From assembly GCA_051362555.1 (NCBI GenBank), contig CM120646.1, positions 8,494,001-8,558,000 of the forward strand: a DNA stretch of 64,000 bases, in the 5' to 3' direction. The notes below the pieces were generated by a model. That model saw nothing but the letters and a program-made list of their open reading frames with translations. It was not told the DNA's origin and did not search any database. The stretch is from Lingula anatina. Taxonomy: Eukaryota; Animalia; Brachiopoda. Position numbers and translations under genes: made by a program. This document shows positions 13,307-24,806 of this stretch, piece by piece. The stretch's first letter is position 1; every line of letters begins with the position of its first letter.

Positions 13307-14540
13307 CTGGAAAAAGAACAATATATAATTTGAAAAATGTGAAAATTAAATTTTAAAAAGTGACTCTGCTTAGAATAGTTAAACGATGATAATTTTGACA
13401 AATCTGGTCCAATATTTGTGAAATTTGCACAAATGATGCTTAACAACAATAAAAATCTGTGATAAGCTCATCAGTTGACTGCATCCTGTGAAAAAGATTT
13501 AATCAGACAATATATTTTAGAAAACGTTAATAATTTTGACAAATCTATTCTAATTTTTGTCAAATTTGGACAAATGGTGCCTATCATCAATGAAAATCTG
13601 TGATAAGCTCATCATGTGACTGTGTCCCATGAAAAAGAATTTATTGGACAATATATTATAGAAAACTGAAAATTACATTCAAAAGGCGGGCAAATTCCAT
13701 GGCATAAAATAGTTAAACGTTAATAATTTTGACAAATCTATTCCAATATTTGTCAAATTTGGAAAAATGATTCTTAACAACAATAAAAATCTGTGATAAG
13801 TTCATCAGTTGACTGCATCCTGTGAAAAAGATTTAATCAGACAATATATTTTAGAAAACTAAAAATTGCATTGAAAGCTTGGGCAAATTCCATGGGATAA
13901 AATAGTTAAACGTTAATAATTTTGACAAATCTTGTCTTATATTTGTGAAATTTGCACAAATGATACTTAACAACAATGAAAATCTGTGATAAGCTCATCA
14001 GTTGACTGTGTCTCACGATTTTTGAAAGCAACCTGCCTCTTTACCAAACAAAGCCACTCTGTAAACTGAAAGTAAAACAAAAAAAAAAAAAAAACTATTT
14101 GCCAATTATGGGGTGAACATCATGTGTCGACCAGCAACAGCCAGGACGACAGCAATGACCCGGACAGACAGATCAATCAGAAGATATACAGACACTAATA
14201 GTGCCTGTAAACTGTAACTGATTGTGCTGATCTTTGAAAGCAACATACCTCTTTACCAAACAAACCACTCAGTAAATTTAAAGTAAAACAAAAATACAGT
14301 ATATTTACCATTTGTCTGTACATAAAAATGAAGCTTAACAGCTGTAGAAATCAGCACTTATCACTTTTCTTATGTCTAATTTAAGTGTAGTTTATTGGCA
14401 ATTTTCGAGAAGAGTGAGCATTACCAAAAACATATAATTTCAATATCGTGATAGATTATTCAGTCCAAAATAAAATATCAAAATATATATGTGATGTAGT
14501 GATGTTTTTTTTTCTGTACATGTAGGAGGTGGCAAATTAC

Positions 14541-14694
14541 CTATAATTGTCATTTGGAAAATAATATATACCCATTTGGGACTTCTCCTAATTACTACCA
14601 ATACCAGATGCTTTCTGCTTTTCTATAGGAATCAGACATGAGCAGAAAGGTAGAGTCAGTTCACCAAGACACCATGCTGTATGGAAAGGGTCAC
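14541..14694 (-). other. Diverged single-copy paralogue of the cassette (154-nt exon-like)
   Basis: ctccttttccag|GTGACCCTTTCCATACAGC...ATTATAG|gtaattt. Lacks ~130 nt present in the array copies. Flank 14388-14450 is homologous to the array cassette flank. Confidence 0.55.
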
Positions 14695-15537
14695 CTGGAA
14701 AAGGAGACAGAAGGATGGATTTGTGAAGGGACATTGTCATTTCATTTTACTCAACCAAATAAAGGTGTGAGAAAAAAAAACTATGATGTACTGTCAGTTG
14801 TCTAACCTAACATATCATAGGGATCAGTGTTGAGGACTGAAATGTGACAATTCGGTTAAACAAGGCAGCAAAGCTGCCAAATATAAAGACTTGAAGCAGT
14901 AAACAATGGCAGTGAACAAAAAATACATATAAGGCACTGTAGTATAATCAGTAATATTTTTTAGTAATGTACTTTACTAAAATATAATTAAACGAAGAAA
15001 AAGGTGATAGTTTTTTGTATTTATCTGCATAAGAACATATATTTCTAAACAACAAAACATCAATTTGTGGGCATTACATTCAATTTGAAGTCACTTATCT
15101 CTGAGTAACAGCATCAAGAGCACAGAGAGGGATGTCAAATTCTGAGTTCAAAGAGGTCAGTTTCATGTGTGTCCAACATAGGGGTTGCTCAGAATCACAG
15201 TATCTGACAAGGAGTCCCAGTTCCATAAAACATTCACTATAACTGCTTGTGTCAGTCCAGGAGAAATAAAACAACATACCCCAGGTCACAATGACATGAT
15301 CATGTCCATGGGCTGTTGGTGTTTCACTCCGAGTAGGGCCAATGGTGGACACACATGGTATACTTATATGTTCAATTTAATGTGAAAATTCATGTGTCAC
15401 TAGCATAAGGCTTCAGGTCCCTAATGGGAGTTCAAAGTGACAACTTGATAACATGAGAAAAAATGCAACTACACTTTTAATAACTTACATGTGCAAAGAG
15501 AGATGTTTGTTTTATACACTGAGATAAAGCAGACATG

Positions 15538-15812
15538 TTCTACTATATCAGTGACATCATACACTGTATATATATATAGTGGTACTGATATTTACCTGTG
15601 GGTGCTGTTGTCACAGGTGTCTGTACATAAATATCTTCTACTATATCAATGACATCATACTGTATATATAGTGGTACTGATATTTACAAGTGGGTGCTGG
15701 TGTCACAGGTGTCTGTACATAAATATCTTCTACTATATCAATGACATCATACACTGTAGATATAGTGGTACTGATATTTACCTGTGGGTGCTGGTGTCAC
15801 AGGTGTTTGTAC
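15538..15812. repeat. ~95-bp tandem repeat x3 duplicating an exon 3' end and splice donor
   Basis: TTCTACTATATCA starts at 15538, 15636, 15728; each unit ends in GTGGGTGCTG(G/T)TGTCACAGGTGT. Confidence 0.9.
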
Positions 15813-15892
15813 ACTAGGAATAAAAGTAACAGGGCCTCCTGGCGGCTGAACCAGGAGGATGAAAGTGACTGCAGCTTGTGTAGTTGGTGTTC
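15782..15892 (-). CDS. Isolated phase 1-1 exon encoding a Thr/Pro-rich (mucin-like) peptide; partial or decayed gene
   Basis: ttttttttgactag|GA...ACCCACAG|gtaaat, 111 nt, open: (G)TPTTQAAVTFILLVQPPGGPVTFIPSVQTPVTPAPT(G). Confidence 0.45.
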
Positions 15893-16606
15893 CTAGTCAA
15901 AAAAAAAGTTACAATATACTGTACTGAGAAATGAAGTGTCAACTGTAGCTTTAAAGGGCATCATGTTATATTTAGGAAAAGAGCTTTTTTTTCTAATTTT
16001 CTTGTATGTTTTCTAGGTTTTCTTTGCAGGCCAAGTGGTTTTCTTGTTCCCACTCCCCACATTATACACATGTAGGTCCCCAGTTAATAGTTTGGACAGA
16101 GAGATATGTACATATGTATGTGGACCCATTTGATCTCTTTTAAAGTTATGTCACTATATGGTCATATTTTGGGATTTTGATACTTTTGATTTTTTTTTTT
16201 AAGTACATTTTCCAGGTTTTCTTCACAACCAATGTCTTGCTTGTCGCATTTTAAAATTTATTTTTTGTCATGTCTTTTTCATCTTTGTGTTATTGAATTG
16301 GACTATATTATAGCATGACTTTGAGGTGAAAAGAAATTAAGCTCAGAGATTAATTAAACAAGGATATTTCACATTTTCCATGGTGAGGAAAGGCAGACAT
16401 AATTAAAAAATTAAGTTGAAGGCATATACAATTTAATATGGAAAGGACATTCTTTATTGGAATTGTGACATGTTTTACATAAACAGAGGAAATAATAGCA
16501 CAATTTTATTTTCTCTGATTCCCTGAGATAAATAAAGTCTGTAGCTTTTACATTAGATCATACAGGGATGTTTGGTTAATTTATAACTTCAGATTGTACA
16601 GTTGGC

Positions 16607-16847
16607 CATATAGCTCTATCTTGGGATGGTTCAGTCCAGCATATAGCTCTATCCCGGGGAAGTTCAGTCCACCGTATAGCCCTATCCCGGTGTGGTTCAG
16701 TCCAGCATATAGCCCTATGCCGGGGTGGGTCAGTCCACCATATAGCTCTATCCCAGTGTGGTTCAGTCCAGCATATAGCCCTATCCCGGGGTGGTTCAGT
16801 CCACCATATAGCTCTATCCTGGGGTACGTGGTTCAGTCCACCATATA
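16607..16847. repeat. 33-bp minisatellite, ~7 copies
   Basis: Unit TATAGC(T/C)CTATCCCGGGGTGGTTCAGTCCA(C/G)CA. Confidence 0.95.
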
Positions 16848-18866
16848 GAAGGGGCAGTAATTATCCCTCTTTTTTCACACGAAAGTGCTTGCGATGTAGA
16901 TGTTATATGACTTGAAAAAGGTAAATTTAACTGATTGTTGGTTTAAAAGTATTTATCTTTTATGTGAAACACCATAGAAAGAAATAGCCTAATTAAGCTA
17001 CATTTTGGTAAATTTCATATTGATCATTAAAAATTTGAAAAAATGGTTCTTTATTAGTGCAATCTTTGCCAAAAACCTTTCAGCTTTCTGGCCAATTAGA
17101 CCACCATTTTCCTAAAATCTACAGGATTCACTGAGGTCCAAGTAAATTTTTGAATAGACTGGACATTTCCCCCTATTACATTACTTTTTGTAATAACAAG
17201 ACACTGATTTTGTCAAAAGAATTTTTAGAATCACCATATAACAGTTATACTGAATAAAAAATTAGATCAAAAATCACCTATCTGATGCATACCTAGTGTC
17301 ATTATTATTTTCTCAGTCTCTTCAGATAGCCAGTGCCAGCTTGCAAGGTCTATAATTATATATGGCACAGGGATGCAATACTGAACAACCTATTTTCTTG
17401 TGTGAAAACTGGGAAATGCTTGTGACCGTAGATGATCTATTTCAATGGCCAGTCATTTTAAACTAAAAATGGAATAAACATCGAATCTAAGTGTAAGACA
17501 AGTCAAGCAGCAGTTAGTGAGTAGGAGAAAATCCTTACCCCAGGAAAATTCATGGGGGGGGGGGGGTGCTATATTTTCAGCTTTTTACTTTTTTAATAAG
17601 CTTTTTTTTTTTTCAGTTATGAACAACCTTGTGTTAACATTGCAGCATTTTTTACAAAATTTCTAAAAGTTCATTCAAAAATTTAAAATAGCTCATAAGG
17701 CCATATTTGACAATCATGCACCAACAGATGAGTATCCATGAAAGTTTTGTTATATTGGAAACACATTCTAAGAAAACCAGATATAAAGTTTTCTAAGCAT
17801 GTGATTTCCTACTTTTCCACTCACATATATATCGTATATACTGGTATACCTGATCCCACTAGGTGTCCAATAACAGAGACTCCCACCTCTGGAAATCTAA
17901 TATCAGGAGATTCTAAAATTTTGCTCAATAAAGCGGGGAGGGGGGGGTGCTGCAGTTGTAATCAGGTGCTCACTGGGGAGAGGGGGGGGGAGTGACCACT
18001 CTCTCAAACAATTGGAAGAGAATTATGAATTTCAAAAGATCACCCAACTATTTTGAAGATAAATCGACTGGGCGTTAGCTGCCAGTGGTGCATATTTTCA
18101 AAGTCGCTTTTTTCCAGGAGAGTTGTTACCTGTACGGGTGACGTGGAGATTCGTTCTGTATCCGGGAGACTCCCAGATTATCCGGGAGAGTCGACATGTA
18201 TACAACAAACGACCAAGTTTGACTTCGGGAAAACTTGGATACAGAATGAAAGACACGAATGTAGATAAAATTTATTTGTTATCACAAACCAGAAGTCTTA
18301 GAGCATTTATCAGAAGGAAAGCAAATAGTCTTTATATTTACCCAATAAACTAAAATGCACTCCTCTTCGATTGTGGTAACTTGCAAAACTACTCCGCTCT
18401 TTCCCATCCCAAAAAATCTTCACTGAATCTTTGCATATGTAAGACGAGGTGCCAGTGGCGATTGAATGGGAAAAGATGACATTTCTTACGTCGTAAATAA
18501 TCCTAAGTATATTTCATAACGTGCGAAATGTTTGATAATAAAATTCCAATCCGAATGAACAAGTCTGTTGATGAAAAAAAGACCCGCAGTGAAAACGCAA
18601 TCAACATATCTGTCACAACTAACACACTAAATTGGAGGAGAATCGGGGCACATCAAGTGCATCTCAGTTCAACGCTACGGTTCAAGATATTTCGGCCTAG
18701 ATCTTTAGAATTTTAGTTCAAATATAGATTAATAATATATTGGTTGAAAATGATTTGATTTTATAAGCATTGTTCATCATTTGAAAGGAATGGAAGTTAT
18801 TTTATACACTCTTTTTAATTTCAATTTTTGCAGACGGTTGGCTCACATGTAGGCACCCGCGGTACT

Positions 18867-18954
18867 GTTGCCAGGGATACAAATTACCAATTCACAGGCC
18901 GGTCTGGCTGCCCCCAGAAACAGTCTATCAGTTTACAAATTTACTGTGACGTCA
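18867..18954. promoter_or_regulatory. Candidate promoter motifs: RFX X-box-like and CRE
   Basis: GTTGCCAGGGATAC at 18867 and TGACGTCA at 18947 in a locally CpG-richer patch; motif match only. Confidence 0.3.
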
Positions 18955-19301
18955 TATAAGACAAGTTTTAGGCCTAATTTGATATCCACAACAAGAATTC
19001 TGAGATAATGCTGTCGCACAACCAAAAAAAATCTGGGTAAATCTGCTTACTCCAGCTGATGACGTAGCAGGAGCGTTTTTGGGCAGAAAACTGTAAGGTC
19101 GATTTCAAGCAGACTCTCCCTCACCTGAACATAATATGCATGTGTAATGTGGGGCTCAGCTATACTATTTTTTATTATTCCTCCAAGGCGGCTGAACTCC
19201 AAACCCCGAAGTAGGCTACTGTAACACTGCACTGCACCTACATGTAGGTGAATGTTGACATTTTCTCTTTCCGTTTGTAAAGACGGCGCACACCCACAAC
19301 A

Positions 19302-20251
19302 TAGGGCTAGTTGGACCCCGGGGTAAGTTGGACCCCCGTCAATTTATGAAAAAGTAATTACGAGGTAAAAAAAAAAATTGGCCACATAGGCCTACTCTTG
19401 TAAAGTGACCGTAGTCTACAATGCTAAGGAGGTGTCGGACGTTAAAAGATCTACTTAAGCGGTGAGTCCAAATAAACGATTTTTTGCGCCTAAAAGTAAT
19501 TTTGTTTAAGAGATTAAAAATCTATTTTCATAGGCTTTTGATCGAATAAAGTATACGTATAGGGCATCAGATTAAAGCTAATTGTTTGAAATTTTACACA
19601 AATTTATTAACGTAGTCCATTCTTGCACCATAAATGGCTGCAATCCTTAAATCTAAAAATTGTGCACCTGGGGCAAGTTGGACCCTCATATAGACCACAA
19701 TCCTTTGCGCGCAACAGAGCTATAGACCATTGTTTAAATTTATTTGTTAAATAATTACCACTTTAAGACTGAATTTACTAGTTTCTTTTAGCACGAAATT
19801 TTATTATTCGTTTTCATTCATTAAAAACCTGCTTAATACCATTATAAGCTCATTCTTAATTAAAACAAAACAAATTCAATTAAGAGATATTTTGGTTCTC
19901 ACAACACATAGGCCTACAACGTAACGCATAGAAACCTCAATATATCTGCCTTATTTGAACTACTTAGTCATCAAAGACTCTCAAAAATCAATTTAATAAA
20001 GTAAAGATGTGTAAAAATGTATTTCAAGGCGTTTACATGGGATACTTACTTCATTTTCGTATAGGGGCCAACTTGCGTTTTTTTTGTAAAATTGAGAGCC
20101 ATCTGGCATTAAATTTGAAAAATAATGACGTTGCATACATCGCTTATTTCATTGGGCTTACTTTGAAACCGGATTTGTTACTCTAACTCATTCCTAGTTG
20201 GCCCTACAAGGCCAAAAGTGTCTAACTGGCCCAACTAAGCCCGGTCTCTCC
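19302..20251 (+). mobile_element. Non-autonomous DNA transposon (TA-flanked, Tc1/mariner-pogo-like)
   Basis: Left GGGCTAGTTGGACCCCGGGGTAAGTTGGACCCC; right CCAACTAAGCCCGGTCTCTCC-TA. Second copy inverted at 27259-27695. Confidence 0.7.
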
Positions 20252-20661
20252 TAATGTGTAGCGAAGAATCATAGATATTGGTTCACTATGTGCCGTATCT
20301 CGCCCCTCCCTTTACTGTAACTCAGACCCTTATGTATGTACACAAGCAAGCTGTCTGGAATTTCAGTTGACTTGTCAACTCCATCATTTATGGCAGCAGT
20401 TTCAATAAAATTTTGTTTAGGACTTCCAGGCCTTATAAATGGATAAGACGTTTACTGATACTAGCCGCAGATCTTTAGCACTAACGCCCATATTAACCAC
20501 AAAATCCAACACACCGCACAATTATTTAGCACCAACAAAGCATAACCTATAGCACTAACTATCATCCGCTCTGGTAGTGTTGGTTAATTTGTATGCTTTG
20601 TGGTTCAAATGGGTGTCAGAGCTGTGTTAGTACATGTGTTAGCACATAGTGTTAGTACATG

Positions 20662-20826
20662 CAGTGGCCGATTAGAGGGGGTTCTGAAAAAAAATCACAC
20701 TAATATTCCCCTCTTGGATTTAAAATTTTAAATCTCTGATTTATAGTGCTAAATACCCAATGGCACCGTTCGCCTTCTAAAATACCAAAAATTTCGGGGC
20801 CCTTCACCGGGCCTCGAAACCCACGC

Positions 20827-20870
<44 letters not shown>

Positions 20871-20948
20871 TGGGGGGGGGGGGGGGGGGGGGGCGCTGAT
20901 TTCGCATCTGCGAACCCCCACCTTCAAATAATCCTGGATCCGACCCTG
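20662..20948 (-). mobile_element. CAGGGGCGGATC-family MITE containing (TG)n and poly-G
   Basis: Ends CAGTGGCCGATTAGAGGGG / TAATCCTGGATCCGACCCTG; interior matches 46606-46870 in reverse. Confidence 0.8.
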
Positions 20949-21366
20949 TAAAGCTGTCGAAGAGGAAATGCGTCGAAGAGAAGTATAAATTGGAGCGGGT
21001 ACTCTTTATTTGAATAGTTAAAATATGTATATTATCAGTAGCTGGTGAAACACACTACATGTATTTCGGTCTATTTTTAGCACAGGTGAGGTGAAAATAA
21101 CTTTGGTCATTAGAGAAAAAAAATCTCATATGATGAACTTCTGAGAGCTGTTAAAAAAGAAAGTTTTCAGCTCACCTTATCCACACCTGAACAAAGTTGA
21201 TCAACCATGCCAGATTAGGAGTGGGAGGAAAAAATGTTCGAACACATGTTCATTCGCCGCCAGTTTTAACTCGACTGCTGGGATTATGTGATGGGCGGTC
21301 GCACTTGCCGATACTTCTATGTACCAGTGAATAACCAGTTATCATGAACGAATGGTAACACTTTGT

Positions 21367-21645
21367 CAGGGGTGGATCCAGAATTATTTGAAATGGGGGT
21401 CCGGTTTTTTAGGAATCACAGGCCTCAGATGCGAAGCCGACCCTCGCCCCCTCCTCCATCCTCTTTGTAGTGGGGTTCGAGGCCCGCTGAAGGGTACCGA
21501 ATATTTTTGGTATTTTAGAGGGCGAACGGTGCCATTTGCTGCGGTCTAGAACTACTGTATGATTAAACTAGTAAAAATTCTAAAATCAAGAGAGGAGTAT
21601 TGTTGTGGTTTATTTTTCAGGAACAGAAGGGGGTCTCGACCTCAT
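21367..21645 (+). mobile_element. CAGGGGCGGATC-family MITE, right end degraded
   Basis: CAGGGGTGGATCCAGAATTATTTGAA...TTTTTGGTATTTTAGAGGGCGAACGGTGCCATTTG shared with other copies. Confidence 0.75.
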
Positions 21646-23815
21646 TGTGACGGCTAGCACAAAATTCATGCGTTGTAGGCCTACTGGTTGTGCTCAGGAA
21701 AGGTCTCAAAATGTGTTAACTTTGGACCAGTTTGCGCTCCAACAAAAAAAAAAAATAAATAAATAAATAAAAATAAAAATAAAAAGAAGAAGAAAGAGAA
21801 GAAGAAATAGAAGAACCAGCCTGTCCCTTCCTGTGTTGACCTGAAAAAGTGGGCATGGGGCTTTTAAAACATTCTTTTTATGGCCCGCACTCCGACTGCA
21901 GCCGTAGGTGTGTGAGGAGGGGGCCTTCCCCCAATATATTTTGAATTAAGCCATTAATGTTGTGATTTTGTCATGTAAACCAAATATTGGTCTTCAAAAT
22001 GGAAGATAGACTGCCTTGTACGAATAAAATGAACAAACCTAGGCGGGACTAATCTCTATAGTAGACAACGTATATGGAGTATTGCTCTCTACAAAAATTG
22101 CCCCGTTCATGAAAGACGCGTTACTGGCTACCATTAAAAGACCCAGTTCAATAGAAAATGGAACTACTTTTTATATTAACCCTGTATCAATATCTGATTC
22201 CCCATCGAGTAAATTCTAAACCATTCTTACGTATATGAAGATTAAAACAGATTAAAATAAATGAAGAGAGAGAGAACGAGAGAGGTTGAACAATAAGAAT
22301 TTCGGTACTGAGTTTACTTGTGAATGACCCTTAAATCGGGGATTAAATAAGCACAGTATCTGTGGGTATTTCTAAGGGCAAAAAAGGAAGCCAAGATAAG
22401 AAGTTGCCTCGTACACAATTTTTTGAGTGCACTTCATTTTTTACGTACTAAAAGAGAGGGTTGTCAAGACTCGCCTACCGCCCCCGGTTCCACTGTTTGT
22501 TGACCGTTTGTTTTTTACTTATCTGCTGACAAACCGACTTTTCTCGACCTGAGCTCAAAAGTACGGAAGAATTTTACCTAATCTGGGTTATAGAAACAAG
22601 GAAAAGACGTTTCTCTATGATAGATTAGTTGAAAAAAATACTGAGAGATAAAAGCTTCATTTTCAGTGTCACTTGCGGTATGAAACATTAATATACTGCA
22701 CGTATAATATTAACTGCAAAAAGCATGCCAGGAAATCTATTACATTATAATGCGCCTTCGGACAAAAATTCATAGAATGTGCTAGACGAGGCAAAGCAAA
22801 GCTGTTGTTAATGCTGAATTAATGTTGTTTTCACTTAAAAATAGAATAGAATAAATTAGATGAAAAAGTATGTTTTCAAGTAAATATTCGATCAAATATT
22901 AAATCTTATACGGCGTAGCATCCATGAAAAGATATTTTTTTTACCAATGTGATAAAATACAGCATAAAATATAGAACGAACAACTTCATTAAATTAAACC
23001 AAGAATTTCAAGTCTTTGATTAAACCAGCCCGACTTATTCCACTATTAGTTTATTCATTTTCACATGCTATTGAAATCTGGAGTTTTTTTATACATATGA
23101 AGTACTAACAATATATCGCAGACTAAATCTCGAAAGATTATTAACGCATTGCATAAAATTGTTTTCAGTTTTAATTTGGCAGTTTTAATTGTGTAGTTTA
23201 TTTGAAAACAACAGTTTTCACGCACGCTCCCGGCAATATACAGAGACGGGCTACTTATTGCCCCGGCCCTTTATACGGAACTAACAAAACCGGTAGTTTT
23301 TATTTTTACCTGGTCACTAACATCATTATCTCGGCATTTTTCTCTCCGTAGCTCATGAAAAAAACATTCGTTTTTTAAAAATGATCCAAAAAATATTCAC
23401 TGGGTGTAAAAGAACATGAGTATGATGAAAGTTATATGTTCAGTTCGTATACGATTTCGTACGAGCACCAATAAATGATTACGGAGCAACAAACATCGAC
23501 AAAACGTTAATTCATGTATAGTCATTTTACATCATATCCAGAAAAGAATGACAACTGATATTTAGTACAATTAAAAACGCCTGTGAAAGAACCCGGGACT
23601 CTTTCACGTTGTTTAAAAATGTTAGGTCTCTCAGTTGAAATAAAGAAACCGACGTTTTTTAACGCGCTGCAAAAAAAAAAAAAAAAAAATGCCCCCTACC
23701 TCCAGAATGTTACAAGTATTGTTAAACATGTAGACAGGTATGAATCAAATTCAAACAGGCTAATTCAGCTTTGATGGAAGCTGTCAAGCGTAGACGACTA
23801 TGAATGACAGTTTTT

Positions 23816-24141
23816 TAAACAAACGTCAAACACAATTACTACACTCTTCTCTCCGAACATGTAAAAACTGCTATATCCTTTGATTGACAAGATGCCAATC
23901 AAATTCATTAGTTTTGATAGCTGCTGTCAAGTAATAACAGCTTGATTGGCAGGTTATATAAACAAACGTCAATCACAATCATTACACAAGGGATCACTAT
24001 AGACGTCGAACACATTTAGATCAAGCTTCCTACACCCTTTGATTGACAAGGTGCCAATCAAATTCAGTTAGTATTGATAGTTGCTGTCAAGTAATTTATT
24101 AAAACAGCTTGATTGGCAGGTTACATAAACAAACGTCAATC
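23816..24141. repeat. ~170-bp tandem duplication rich in CCAAT/TGATTG motifs
   Basis: CTTTGATTGACAAG(A/G)TGCCAATCAAATTCA...GCTGTCAAGTAAT...CAGCTTGATTGGCAGGTTA occurs twice; AAACAAACGTCAA three times. Confidence 0.8.
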
Positions 24142-24806
24142 ATCGCGCACTGTAATTTCTCTCACTGTGAAACAGTGAGTACGCCGAAAGAGAGCGCTAA
24201 AATCTGAAGTTAGTAATTAACTAGCAAAATATTTCAAGAGAATATATACAACATGTTTCCAAAACTAGTTCTCTTTTTGAACCCTTCAGCGTGTCTAATA
24301 CGACACTCTAGATTACAAACAATTTTGTAAAAAGAGGAATTTAGCAAAAGAAACCAATTTAAAAACAGATTCAAGTAAAGAAATATGACATATGACGTTA
24401 TTCTGGAAGTAGCGCATGAGTCATTTCAAAATTAGTACAACTATGTGCCCTAGTATGTGCGTGGAAGAAGGAAGAATAAATGTATTTGAATTATGTGCGG
24501 AATATTGACAGGTTCTTTTACTGTCAAAGTCTACTTTCTGCAAAATAATAAATAAATAAATAAATTAATTAATTAAACGATGCTAATTCATCCTAATTAA
24601 AGGTGACATTCGTGTTGTGGTCGAGGTAAGTGGTTTAATTATTTCGGGGCTAAATGTTAGCAAGCGCCTGTGATTATAAGTGGATGAGAAAGAAATATAT
24701 AGCTGCAAACAAAAGTATTACTATCCTATTTAACAAACAAACCGCTACTTCGCTCTTGTAACTATATATTTTGTTAGTTTATTTTACTACAGTAAAGCGT
24801 GGATAA

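Larger units (their letters stand above)
1..14017. repeat. Composite satellite array: ~193-bp AT-rich monomer (roughly 50 copies, estimated) in higher-order blocks, interleaved with a non-satellite cassette
   Basis: AATTCCATGG recurs at 541, 734, 927 (193-bp period). Monomer landmarks include GTTAAACGTTAATAATTTT, AATCTGTGATAAGCTCATCAGTTGACTG and GACAATATATT. Identical spurious ORFs recur at offsets 3117, 3292, 4833/4834, 7950 and 8125. The array runs off the window start. Confidence 0.97.

Noticed and set aside
360-14017. Hammerhead ribozyme in the satellite (minus-strand CTGATGAG in most monomers)
   Set aside because: No stem II followed by GAAA downstream of CUGAUGA, so the catalytic core is incomplete.
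360-14017. C/D-box snoRNA array
   Set aside because: Box C lacks the leading purine, a downstream CTGA is present only in some subtypes, and there is no consistent terminal stem.
1-14017. CRISPR-like repeat-spacer array
   Set aside because: Variable positions are recurring point variants of a eukaryotic satellite, not unique spacers; no cas genes.
16594-16848. YSP-rich repeat protein
   Set aside because: TTG start, no splice support; a 33-bp minisatellite is open by chance.
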